Made by a program: the position numbers and the translations under genes
Assembly: GCF_050873525.1 (NCBI RefSeq)
Contig: NZ_JBNMIZ010000001.1
Location: forward strand, 1-51,024
Direction: 5' to 3'
DNA: 51,024 nucleotides
Source: Brachyspira sp.
GTDB taxonomy: Bacteria; Spirochaetota; Brachyspiria; Brachyspirales; Brachyspiraceae
Notes under the pieces: model-generated
Told to the model about the DNA's origin: nothing
Database searches by the model: none
Seen by the model: only the letters and a program-made list of their open reading frames with translations
Shown here: one piece after another, positions 1 through 9,317 of the stretch
Numbering within the stretch: position 1 is the stretch's first letter
Layout of the letters: each line of letters starts with the position of its first letter

Positions 1-895
1 ATTTTTTCACTTTAGATTTGAATGAAGTAAATTCTCTGTATATATTTATAAAATAAGGATTAAAATCCAAATCTTTGCAATCGGAAAGTTTTTTGATAAA
101 TAATTTTGTCCAAGTAAGAAGATGTAAAGAATGAAATTTAATTTTTCTATTTTCTCCGTTTAATATATAATTGCAAAACGGCTCTTTATTTTCAAAAAAT
201 ATTTTCTTCAATTCGTATTTTCCTTTCTTTAACATTTCAAATTCTGGAGCGCCGTAAACTATCGCCGAATCAAAAATAGAATCGTTTACTATTTCGCTTA
301 AATCTCCAATCGGTTCTTTTATGCTCGAAAAAAATTCTCTCGAAATATCCATATCGGAAATACTTCCTGCCACTCCGTTAGTCGCTCTGTCGGTTTTATA
401 ATACATATCTTTTAATTTATTAAGTTCGTTTTCGTTAGTATATTTGAATAATAAATATTTTGAAAATTCATTTAAAATTTCAATATCTTTAATATGCATA
501 GTTAAAGCCAAATTATGAGCGAGCGAAATTTTATAATTTGAAAAAGGTTTTAAAGCGTTATCCAAATCGGAAAATATTAATATGTCGCTGTCGATATGCA
601 GGCATTCGTTTATATTATATTCTTTCATAAAATCTCTTAATAAAATCCATCGCAGCATACAAAACATTTCGTAATTAGGATTGCTTTTTCCGAGATGAAC
701 ATATTTTTCTTTAAAAGTTTTTGCATCCGAACTTGAAATTTTAGATATGTCGACAAAAGTTGAATATTTGGAATATTTTTTATATTCTCTGTCGGATATT
801 AAAAATATTTTAGAATCTGGATTTGTTCTTTTGATTTGCCTTAAAACATAAAGCAAATATTTTGCAAAGCCCGTATGAATTATAACCACATTCAT
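1..895 (-). CDS. Putative glycosyltransferase-like protein (DxD motif); 3' end lies outside the window
   Basis: Manual translation from ATG 895: MNVVIIHTGFAKYLLYVLRQIKRTNPDSKIFLISD...FCMLRWILLRDFMKEYNINECLHIDSDILIF...; the frame is open to the window edge. The HIDSD motif and N-terminal beta-strand fit a GT-A fold. Not in the ORF track because it is truncated. Confidence 0.7.
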   Translation of the reverse strand, partial: MNVVIIHTGFAKYLLYVLRQIKRTNPDSKIFLISDREYKKYSKYSTFVDISKISSSDAKTFKEKYVHLGKSNPNYEMFCMLRWILLRDFMKEYNINECLHIDSDILIFSDLDNALKPFSNYKISLAHNLALTMHIKDIEILNEFSKYLLFKYTNENELNKLKDMYYKTDRATNGVAGSISDMDISREFFSSIKEPIGDLSEIVNDSIFDSAIVYGAPEFEMLKKGKYELKKIFFENKEPFCNYILNGENRKIKFHSLHLLTWTKLFIKKLSDCKDLDFNPYFINIYREFTSFKSKVKK

Positions 896-970
896 GATAC
901 GAGCCTTGAATATATTTTTAACGAGATGTTAAATAATTTTATTTTTATAAAAGTTATGCAATGAAAAAAG

Positions 971-1054
971 TCAGCTAAATATAATTCTAGCGTTGACGGT
1001 TGACGGTTGACGGTTGACGGTTGACGGTCGACGGTTGACGGTGATGAACTTCAT
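971..1054 (-). CDS. Putative leaderless leader ORF spanning the SSR (MKFITVNRRPSTVNRQPSTVNARIIFS)
   Basis: ATG 1054 lies 6 nt downstream of a TATAAT box; the frame reads through the repeat to TGA 973-971. Confidence 0.55.
   Translation of the reverse strand: MKFITVNRRPSTVNRQPSTVNARIIFS
992..1042. repeat. Heptanucleotide simple sequence repeat (GTTGACG)x7, sixth copy GTCGACG
   Basis: Read directly; a GC-rich tandem repeat in otherwise AT-rich intergenic DNA. Confidence 0.97.
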
Positions 1055-1060
1055 ACCGTC

Positions 1061-1088
1061 ATTATACAATAAATTTATTTTTTGTCAA
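1061..1088 (-). promoter_or_regulatory. Sigma70-type promoter TTGACA-N16-TATAAT for the SSR leader and glycosyltransferase
   Basis: tgtcaa at 1083-1088 and attata at 1061-1066 on the + strand. Confidence 0.7.
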
Positions 1089-1170
1089 GCCTTAAATAAT
1101 TATTTTAAATATTATAAATCGATTATTAAGTATTGTTTTTTATTTCTTTATAACATATAATAAATTCATA

Positions 1171-2535
1171 ATGAGTATTTTAAGTTATAATTTATTTGTC
1201 CCGTTATTGGGAAACATTAAAAATTGGTATTCGCATATCGACAGAATAAAAAAAATCGGATTCGAGTGGGTTTATATTAATCCGATAACTTTTCCGGGAT
1301 TTAGCGGAAGTTTATACGCGACAAAAGATTATTACAAATATAATCCCGCATTTTTTTCAAGCCCCGAAAAAATCGAAGCGGAAAAAGAGATAAAAGATTT
1401 CACTCAATATTGCAAAAAAAATAATATAAAATTAATGATAGATTTGGTTATCAATCATTCTTCAAAAGATTGCAATTTGGTAGAAGAACATTTCGACTGG
1501 TATAAATTAAAAGACGGAAAACTTGTTTCGCCCGGCGCTTGGGATAACGGCAAATGGATTGAATGGGGAGATTTGGCTTCTTTCAATAACGAAAAAATAA
1601 TTTTAAACGAAAATAACGAAAAGACGGAAAATCCTATTTGGAATTTTTGGAAAGAACTTATTAAACATAATTTGGAATTAGGATTTTCAGGTTTCAGATG
1701 CGATGCGGCTTATAAAGTCCCTAAAGAATTATGGCAGTATTTAATAAGCGAAGCTAAAAAAGAAAATAAAGAAATTATATTTTTTGCGGAAAGTCTGGGA
1801 TGTTCTTTGGACGACACTAAAGATTTAATAGAAGCGGGATTCGATTATGTGGCAAGCAGCGCCAAATGGTGGGATTACGAAAGCGAATGGTTTATAGAAC
1901 AATACGATGCGGCAAGAGAAAATTGCAAACAAATAGCTTTTCCGAGCAATCATGATACGGAAAGACTTATAACGGAATATAAAGGAAACATTTGGAAATT
2001 AAAACAAACTTTTTTATTCACGGCGATAGTATGCGATATGTGGATGATAACGCTCGGAGACGAATACGGATTTTATAAAAGATGCAATGTAGTCGGCGGA
2101 AACGAAAAAGACTTTGAAAAAATAAATTTCGATTTAAGCGAATTCATAAAAGATATGGGCGATTATATTAAAAAAAATCCAATACTTTCAAACTGCGGAA
2201 AAATAGTTTCTTTGGATGTTTTGGAAAATATTGAAAAAAAGAAAAAAGAAGAAGAATTAAAAAATAAGAATAACGATAACAATAATAATAATGAAAATAA
2301 ACCCGAAGAAAATAAAGAAGAAATTGAAGAGATAAAAAATCCGCTCAAAAAATTTTATAAATATAGTTTGGACGAAAAAGACATGGTTTTTATAGTCGTT
2401 AATACTTCCGATACGAAAGAAGAATTTGACGCTAAAAAATTTGATATAAAAGAAGATATTTCATTCGATAATATAATAGAGATAAAAGAAACGATTGAAA
2501 TAGCGCCTTATCAGTTAAAGATTTTTAGAGTTTGA
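1171..2535 (+). CDS. Alpha-amylase family (GH13) glycoside hydrolase
   Basis: GH13 motifs DLVINH, GFRCDAA (nucleophile D), FAE (acid/base) and NHD. Confidence 0.9.
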   Translation: MSILSYNLFVPLLGNIKNWYSHIDRIKKIGFEWVYINPITFPGFSGSLYATKDYYKYNPAFFSSPEKIEAEKEIKDFTQYCKKNNIKLMIDLVINHSSKDCNLVEEHFDWYKLKDGKLVSPGAWDNGKWIEWGDLASFNNEKIILNENNEKTENPIWNFWKELIKHNLELGFSGFRCDAAYKVPKELWQYLISEAKKENKEIIFFAESLGCSLDDTKDLIEAGFDYVASSAKWWDYESEWFIEQYDAARENCKQIAFPSNHDTERLITEYKGNIWKLKQTFLFTAIVCDMWMITLGDEYGFYKRCNVVGGNEKDFEKINFDLSEFIKDMGDYIKKNPILSNCGKIVSLDVLENIEKKKKEEELKNKNNDNNNNNENKPEENKEEIEEIKNPLKKFYKYSLDEKDMVFIVVNTSDTKEEFDAKKFDIKEDISFDNIIEIKETIEIAPYQLKIFRV

Positions 2536-2572
2536 TATATTTTATAAATTTAAAAATCAATATAAAAAATAA

Positions 2573-4999
2573 ATGAGGAATTTTATGGAAAATGCAAAAT
2601 CTATAGAAAATTTTTTTACCGATTTGTCGAAAGGATTGCTCTTTGCCGAAAACACCAACGAAATAGATATTATAGTCGATTTGTTTTTAGAAAAAATATG
2701 CCAGTATTATAATTTCGACTGCGGAGAAGTTTATTTTCCGAAAGGCGAATATTTGATATTGCGAGGCGTTTACGGAATAGACAGATATTATGTATGCAAA
2801 GTCGATTTTCCAATGAATATAGATAAAGTGCAGGAAATTTTATACAACGGAAAAGAATATATAGCGCAAAATGTCAATATTTCGGATATAGAAGTATTTT
2901 CAAATTATCAAACTTTATTCGCCCTGCCGATTAATACGAGTCAAAATCCCATAGGAATAATAGTTTTCAGAAATAAAGAAGATAAAACGGAATTCTACAA
3001 AAGCATAAGAGACGAACTTAAAAATTTTATCGGACATTTCGCCGTATATGTAAACAATGTATTGCAGCATGTAACTTATAAAGAAAAAGACAAACAATTA
3101 AAACTGCTTAGAGATTTATATTTGAAATTAAGCGATATTGATAAATTTGAAGATAATTTAAAAGATTTGGCTTCGGATATTGCAAACATATTCAGCGCGA
3201 GCAAAACTTTTATAAGATTAAGATACGAAGGCTATAATTTTGAAACGATTTCTTCCTACGGTTTTGACAATAATTTTGATTATTCGATTTTTGAGAAAAA
3301 AGAATACGAGCATAAATATCTGGACGCGGAAGTCGGATATGTAAACAATGTTGAAAAACATGAGGACGGAGAACATTTTAAGAATATTATAAATCGTTCG
3401 GTTTTATTTAATAGAATTTCCGTAAGAAACGACTGCATCGGATATATTATGGTAATTGATAAAATAAAAGACGCGGTAAATCCTTTGGGAGATTTCGATA
3501 AAGAAGATTTGAATCTATTTAAACCGCTTCTGGTTAATATATCGAGTAGAATGTCGGAATATTATAATACGATAGAATTGAATAAAATAAACGAAGAATT
3601 GTTCAAAGCTAACGAAATAAATACAAAAAACATGAATCGTTTAAGCGCTTTATACGATATAAGCAATATTTTACTCGAGCGTTCGAAACCAGAAGATATT
3701 TTATTTATTCTTCTTACGATAGCGACTATTGGAGATGTTTTCGCTTTCAATAGAGCTTTCGCTTTTTTATACGATAAAGAATTTAATGTTTTCAGAGGAA
3801 GAATGTGCATTGCTCCGAAAGACGCGAGCGACGCGGGAAATATCTGGAATAAAATGAAAGATATGAATAAATACGGTTTGCGAGAAAAACTGATGCTCTC
3901 TTTTGAAAAAAAAGATTTGGAAGAATCATGGGATTTGAATCAGAAATTTATGAATACCGTTATTCCGAACAACGAACAATGCCAGTTATTTTCTTATGTA
4001 TTCAATAATAGAGAAAGCATAAATGTAAAATCGGTAAACGACAGATGGGCGGAACAATTAAGAAATTATACCGATATATTTGGAAAAAATCCTTTCGCGA
4101 TAATTCCGATAATGGACGCAAATAACTGTATGGGAATGGTTGTAGTCGATAACGCGTATAACGATGTTTCGATAACCGATTATGATTTGGAATATTTGAA
4201 AATGTTCGGGCGTCAGGCGGCGGTAGCTTTTGAATATTCTTCTATGTATAACGAAATAGAAAAGAGTCATAACGATTTGAAAGCGGCTCAAAAGAACTTA
4301 TTTGACATCAAAAGTCTGGCAATGATAGGAGAGATGAGTTCTTCAATGGCGCATAATTTGAGAAATTTCGTAGTTCCAATATCGGGCTTTGCAAACAGAC
4401 TCGTAAAAGTGAGTTCGGATGAAAAAACGAGCGAATACGCGAAAATTATAGTCGAAGAAATCGGTAAACTGGAAAGTTATATTCAAAAAAACTTATCGTT
4501 TGCAAAAAGCATTAATTTAGTTCCCGAAACTATTAAAGTTGACGATATAATAAAATATATAAACATACTTGCAAAAGAATATATAAAGAAAAGCGGTAAA
4601 AAAATAAAATTTTACGCGGTTAATTCCACTAAAGAAAACAGCGTTCGATGGGATTATAACAGAGTAAACGATGTGATAATAAATTTAATTATAAACGCGA
4701 TTGACGCGATAGAAGACGAAAACTACGCGATAATAAGCGCCGTATTTTCGGATAATTCCTATAAAGAATCTATGATTGATATAATAGTGGAAAATACCAA
4801 CTCTTATATTGAAGAAGACATAATAGGAAAATTATTCACTCCGTTTTTCACTACGAAAAGTCATGGAGTTGGAATAGGACTCGCCGTTTCAAAAAGAATA
4901 GTGGAAGCTCATGGCGGAAGCATAACTGTTAAAAGTATAAATAAAAATTTCCAAGCCACCGCGTTTATCATAACTATGCCCGTAGAATTAAACGGTTAA
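2573..4999 (+). CDS. Cytoplasmic multi-GAF sensor histidine kinase (start may be ATG 2585)
   Basis: GAF-like segments, H-box AHNLRN, N-box NLIINAIDA, F-box LFTPFFTTK, G2 box GVGIGL; no transmembrane helix; GAGGA precedes ATG 2585. Confidence 0.88.
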   Translation: MRNFMENAKSIENFFTDLSKGLLFAENTNEIDIIVDLFLEKICQYYNFDCGEVYFPKGEYLILRGVYGIDRYYVCKVDFPMNIDKVQEILYNGKEYIAQNVNISDIEVFSNYQTLFALPINTSQNPIGIIVFRNKEDKTEFYKSIRDELKNFIGHFAVYVNNVLQHVTYKEKDKQLKLLRDLYLKLSDIDKFEDNLKDLASDIANIFSASKTFIRLRYEGYNFETISSYGFDNNFDYSIFEKKEYEHKYLDAEVGYVNNVEKHEDGEHFKNIINRSVLFNRISVRNDCIGYIMVIDKIKDAVNPLGDFDKEDLNLFKPLLVNISSRMSEYYNTIELNKINEELFKANEINTKNMNRLSALYDISNILLERSKPEDILFILLTIATIGDVFAFNRAFAFLYDKEFNVFRGRMCIAPKDASDAGNIWNKMKDMNKYGLREKLMLSFEKKDLEESWDLNQKFMNTVIPNNEQCQLFSYVFNNRESINVKSVNDRWAEQLRNYTDIFGKNPFAIIPIMDANNCMGMVVVDNAYNDVSITDYDLEYLKMFGRQAAVAFEYSSMYNEIEKSHNDLKAAQKNLFDIKSLAMIGEMSSSMAHNLRNFVVPISGFANRLVKVSSDEKTSEYAKIIVEEIGKLESYIQKNLSFAKSINLVPETIKVDDIIKYINILAKEYIKKSGKKIKFYAVNSTKENSVRWDYNRVNDVIINLIINAIDAIEDENYAIISAVFSDNSYKESMIDIIVENTNSYIEEDIIGKLFTPFFTTKSHGVGIGLAVSKRIVEAHGGSITVKSINKNFQATAFIITMPVELNG

Positions 5000-5083
5000 A
5001 TTATAAAATTAATAATAAAATTAAATAATTAAAATCTCATTTTCAGGTAAATTTTTCCGATAAATTTAATAGGGGAATAATAA

Positions 5084-5890
5084 ATGGCTAAAATTAGCGA
5101 AGCGGCAAAAGCCGAATGCACAAGAATGCAAAATAAATATAAAGACTTGCTTAATTCGGTAGAAGTCAATATGGATAAATTGGAAAAAGGACTAGCGTCT
5201 ATAGAAGATAATTTTGAAGTCGCTAAAAATAAAATAGATTTGGCGGTTATGTATATAAGAGCGTCTTCGTTTATCGCCACGATTTGCTATATCTCGATTG
5301 AACATTTAGATATTAGAGTAGAAAATCAATTAAACGATGGAAGAAGATATATCAATAAAGCGATATCGTTATTGGAAGAGGCTTTAGGAGATTACGGAGA
5401 CGATTCTTTATCTTTAAATGACGAAGTGCATGAATATTTGAAAGACAAATTCACGGACGAATGGAGATACAAATTTATATGTTCTTTCGGCTATGTTATA
5501 GATTATTTTAAATTCTGCTACGGCGAAAATTCAAAATGGCTTCAGAATTTTATCGAAATTGAAGGAAGACTTGCTTTGCTTTCAAAAAATATAATCGATT
5601 TCAAAAATTATATAAAAGAATTAAGCCCCGAAGTCGAAGGTTATATTTATAGAGTAAAATTAATGAATCTTACAAAATCTTTAATATCCGCATCCGCCGA
5701 ACAATATAGAACGAAATACGAATTGCAGGACAGACGCCCAGACGACATGAAAATGGCTCTTAATCTCACTGGAACTTTAAGAAGAATATATATTTATTTG
5801 AACGAAGTCGAAGAAGCGGAAGAACAAAAAAAGATTTACGACCTTTGGAAAAAGAAATTAGACACCGACTTAAAAGCAATGAAAAAATAA
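5084..5890 (+). CDS. Hypothetical alpha-helical protein, probably conserved in spirochaetes
   Basis: 268-aa ORF with AGGGG RBS and host-like codon usage; no recognisable motif. Confidence 0.75.
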   Translation: MAKISEAAKAECTRMQNKYKDLLNSVEVNMDKLEKGLASIEDNFEVAKNKIDLAVMYIRASSFIATICYISIEHLDIRVENQLNDGRRYINKAISLLEEALGDYGDDSLSLNDEVHEYLKDKFTDEWRYKFICSFGYVIDYFKFCYGENSKWLQNFIEIEGRLALLSKNIIDFKNYIKELSPEVEGYIYRVKLMNLTKSLISASAEQYRTKYELQDRRPDDMKMALNLTGTLRRIYIYLNEVEEAEEQKKIYDLWKKKLDTDLKAMKK

Positions 5891-5897
5891 ATTCGCT

Positions 5898-5925
5898 TTG
5901 ACAAAAACTTTCAATTAAGTATAAT
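5898..5925 (+). promoter_or_regulatory. Promoter TTGACA-N16-TATAAT; downstream gene probably leaderless
   Basis: Perfect hexamers; ATG 5932 is 6 nt after the -10 box and has no SD. Confidence 0.7.
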
Positions 5926-5931
5926 AAAATA

Positions 5932-6999
5932 ATGAAAAATAAATTAATATTTCTTGCATGCATAATTTTTATAGCGATTATTTTAAGATTATCCGCTCTG
6001 TCAAAAAGTTTAATCGAAAATGTTTATTCGAGATTTTTCTATAAAGGCTTGGCGGGAAATTTAAATAAATTTTTTGGCAAATTCAGTTTTTCTTTCGGCG
6101 AGATTCTTCTTATAATATTTATAATTCTTGTAATATTATTTATAATTTTTACCGTGAAAAATTTAATAACGGAAAAAGATAAATTAAAAATTCTATTTAA
6201 TTTTTTATACGCGATAGTTTGCGCCGCCGTTATTTTGTATATAATATTTATGTCGGTTTGGGGATTAAATTATTATAGAATTCCGCTTATAAATAATTAT
6301 TCGGATTATATGGAAAAGCAAATTGACAACGAAGATATTTATGCGGTTGCCGAGTATTTGGTAAAAGATATTAATAATTTGAAAAGTCAAATGAAATATC
6401 AAAACATAAACACGAATTTTCAGGCTTTGAATAGAATGGTTGAAGCGGATTATAAAAATATATTTGAAGAATTTGAATTTTTGAATATGAATTATATAAG
6501 AACGAAGCCGATAAAATTCTCAAAACTTTTTTTATATTTGCAAATACTCGGAATTTATAATCCTTTCACTTTTGAATCGAATGTTAATATTTTGATTCCT
6601 TATATTTCTTTTCCTTTCACAATCGCCCATGAAATGTCGCATCAAATAGGAATTTCCTACGAGGATGAAGCGAATTTTTTAGCTTATTTGGTATGTTCAA
6701 AAAGCGAAGATTTATTTATAAGATATTCTGGAACTTTTGAAACTTTATTGTATTTACTCGGGCAGTTAAACCGTGACGAAAATTACGGATATTTGATAAA
6801 TAATTTGAACGAAGAAACAAAAGAAGAAATCAGAGAACATAATAAATTTTGGCAGCAGTATTCGGGCGAATTGTCGAAAGTAAGCAAAAAAGTTAATGAC
6901 GCGTATTTGAAAGCGAACAGTCAAAAAGAAGGCGTTAGAAGTTATTCGAGAGTCGTTCGGCTTTTAGTTTATTATTACAGAAGTAAAAATTTATTATAA
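5932..6999 (+). CDS. DUF3810-like membrane protein with zincin HExxH motif
   Basis: Three N-terminal hydrophobic helices, WGLNYYR, GIYNPFT.E.NVN, AHEMSHQ.G...EDEANF. Confidence 0.85.
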   Translation: MKNKLIFLACIIFIAIILRLSALSKSLIENVYSRFFYKGLAGNLNKFFGKFSFSFGEILLIIFIILVILFIIFTVKNLITEKDKLKILFNFLYAIVCAAVILYIIFMSVWGLNYYRIPLINNYSDYMEKQIDNEDIYAVAEYLVKDINNLKSQMKYQNINTNFQALNRMVEADYKNIFEEFEFLNMNYIRTKPIKFSKLFLYLQILGIYNPFTFESNVNILIPYISFPFTIAHEMSHQIGISYEDEANFLAYLVCSKSEDLFIRYSGTFETLLYLLGQLNRDENYGYLINNLNEETKEEIREHNKFWQQYSGELSKVSKKVNDAYLKANSQKEGVRSYSRVVRLLVYYYRSKNLL

Positions 7000-7025
7000 A
7001 TATTATAGAATTAATTTTAAAAATT

Positions 7026-7784
7026 TTAAATTTCTATCGTAAGTCCGTCATAAGCTGGATACATATTTTTAGGCAATTCTTTTTCCAAATTTTTATGCAA
7101 AACATCATGAGTCATATGCGTGAAGTAAGTTTTTTTAGCCCCCACTTTGTCTGCAATATTTACCGATTCCTGCAAAGATAAATGCGTATGGTGAGGACGA
7201 TATCTCAATCCGTTTAAAACTAAAATCTCCGTTCCTCCTATCAATTTGAAACTTTCTTCGCTTATAAAACTTGCGTCCGTTATATAAGTGAAATTATTGA
7301 ATCTGTATCCTAATATATTCAATACTCCATGTTTTATCGGAATTGGAACTACTTTTATGCCGTCAAATTGCATCGGCTTATTAATATGATAAAATACGAC
7401 TTGAGGAAGCCCGCCACCCATTTGAACGGGATTAAAAAAATAATCGTATTTATCTCTTAAAATATCCATAGTTTCTTTATTTCCGTAGCAATCTATAGAA
7501 CGATTCATCGCGAAATTTAAAGAGCGTAAATCGACTATTCCAGAAGTATGGTCGGCATGCTGATGAGTAAAAAATACCGCTTCGAGTCTGTTAACTTTTT
7601 CTTTAAGCATTTGCGCCCTAAAATCCAAAGAAGTATCGACTACATAATTTTTATCGTTGTCTCGTATAAGAATGGAGGCTCTTAATCTTTTATCTCTTTT
7701 ATCTTTACTTAAACAAACGGGACATTTGCATCCTATCATTGGCACGCCATCCGAAGTTCCCGTTCCCAAAAAAGTTATTCTCAT
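7026..7784 (-). CDS. MBL-fold metallo-hydrolase (PhnP-like phosphodiesterase)
   Basis: FLGTGTS.GVP..GC.C.VC, THQHADH, YITD, THMTH. Confidence 0.9.
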   Translation of the reverse strand: MRITFLGTGTSDGVPMIGCKCPVCLSKDKRDKRLRASILIRDNDKNYVVDTSLDFRAQMLKEKVNRLEAVFFTHQHADHTSGIVDLRSLNFAMNRSIDCYGNKETMDILRDKYDYFFNPVQMGGGLPQVVFYHINKPMQFDGIKVVPIPIKHGVLNILGYRFNNFTYITDASFISEESFKLIGGTEILVLNGLRYRPHHTHLSLQESVNIADKVGAKKTYFTHMTHDVLHKNLEKELPKNMYPAYDGLTIEI

Positions 7785-7859
7785 TATTTTCCTTAATTAA
7801 TTAAAAAATTAAAAATTTGTTTATTAGATTATACTAATTTTATTTTTTATGGCAATATT

Positions 7860-7899
7860 AAAAAAATAGCGTCCTCCGTTCGCAACACACGAAGAACGC
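7860..7899 (-). terminator. Intrinsic terminator-like hairpin on the minus strand
   Basis: GCGUUCUUCGU-N9-ACGGAGGACGC (11-bp stem, two G-U pairs) followed by UAUUUUUUU. Confidence 0.6.
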
Positions 7900-7961
7900 C
7901 GAATTATATCGTAATGACATAAATAATCCGTCATTGCGAATGCACTGACTAAAATACGCCT

Positions 7962-7989
7962 TTGACAAAATTCAATAATTATATATCAT
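7962..7989 (+). promoter_or_regulatory. galK promoter TTGACA-N16-TATCAT
   Basis: Hexamers about 40-60 nt upstream of the galK ATG, which has a GAGG RBS. Confidence 0.6.
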
Positions 7990-8025
7990 TTATACGATTT
8001 ACGATTAAAAAATTAGAGGCAAGCA

Positions 8026-9309
8026 ATGTATAAAATATCGGAGTTAAAAGAATTATTAAAAAATAAAAAATTGGACGATAGATTTGACAAAATATACGGC
8101 GGAGATAAAAATTCAATCGAAGAAGCTTATTTAAGATTGTCTTCGGTTTTGGAGCATTTTCAAAAAATAGAAAAATCGGATAATGTCCGAATATTCAGCG
8201 CTTCGGGAAGAACGGAATTATCTGGAAATCATACGGACCATAATAACGGTTGCGTTTTGACGGCTTCTATTAATTTGGATAAACTGGCTTTGGTTTCAAA
8301 AAGAGAAGATAATAAAATAATCGTTTATACGGACGGAGCAAATAATCCCGATTCTATAGATATTAATAATTTGGATATTGATAAAAAAGAATTTGGAAAA
8401 TCAACCGCTTTAATAAGAGGAGTTTGCGCGGGCTTAAAAAATTCTGGTTATAAAATCGGAGGATTCACCGCGTCTTTAAATAATAAAGTTTTAATGGGAA
8501 GCGGACTTAGCAGTTCGGCGAGTTTTGAATCTTTAATCGGAGAGATTTTAAACGCTTTATATAATGACGATAAAATTGAAAAAACGGAAATAGCATTAAT
8601 AGGAGAATTTGCGGAAAATATATATTTCGGAAAACCTTGCGGATTAATGGACCAAATGGGATGTTCGGTTGGAGGAATAATTTCAATAGATTTCAAAAAT
8701 CCAAAAAGTCCTCAAATAGAAAAAGTGGAATACGACTTTGAAAAATCGGGCTACGCTTTAATGATAGTAGACGCTAAAGGCGACCATAGTTCGCTTACGG
8801 GAGAATATGCGGCGATAAGAGAGGAAATGAATTCTATTGCAAAATATTTTTCAAAAGAAGTTTGCCGAGACATAACAAAAGAAGAATTAATTTCAAACGC
8901 TTCAAAAATACGAGAAAAAATCGGAGACAGAGCAATAATGCGAGCTTTCCATTTTATTGCCGAAAACGAAAGAGTAATAAATCAAATTAACGCTTTAAGA
9001 AATAACGATATAAAAGAATATTTAAATCTTATGAACGAATCTGGACTTTCAAGTTTTATGTATTTGCAAAATTGTTTTTCAATTACTACTTTAAAAAATA
9101 TGGGAGTCGCTTTGGCTTTAATGATTACAAAAGATTTTCTTCACGGAGACGGGGCATGCAGAGTTCATGGCGGAGGATTTGCGGGAACTATTCAAGCGCT
9201 TATTCCTTTAAATAGAGTCGAAGAATATACAAAACTTATGGATTCAATATTTGGAGATAAAAGCGCGATAAAAATAAAAATTCGACAATCGCCAGTTTGC
9301 GAAGTATAA
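8026..9309 (+). CDS. galK: Galactokinase (GHMP kinase)
   Basis: GRTELSGNHTDHN, GSGLSSSA, CGLMDQ, RVHGGGFAG. Confidence 0.93.
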   Translation: MYKISELKELLKNKKLDDRFDKIYGGDKNSIEEAYLRLSSVLEHFQKIEKSDNVRIFSASGRTELSGNHTDHNNGCVLTASINLDKLALVSKREDNKIIVYTDGANNPDSIDINNLDIDKKEFGKSTALIRGVCAGLKNSGYKIGGFTASLNNKVLMGSGLSSSASFESLIGEILNALYNDDKIEKTEIALIGEFAENIYFGKPCGLMDQMGCSVGGIISIDFKNPKSPQIEKVEYDFEKSGYALMIVDAKGDHSSLTGEYAAIREEMNSIAKYFSKEVCRDITKEELISNASKIREKIGDRAIMRAFHFIAENERVINQINALRNNDIKEYLNLMNESGLSSFMYLQNCFSITTLKNMGVALALMITKDFLHGDGACRVHGGGFAGTIQALIPLNRVEEYTKLMDSIFGDKSAIKIKIRQSPVCEV

Positions 9310-9317
9310 ATTTTAAA

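Noticed and set aside
2230..2340. N/K/E low-complexity tract with AAT repeats in the GH13 gene (similar N-rich tail in jag)
   Set aside because: Imperfect in-frame trinucleotide runs; a flexible loop, not a frameshifting switch.
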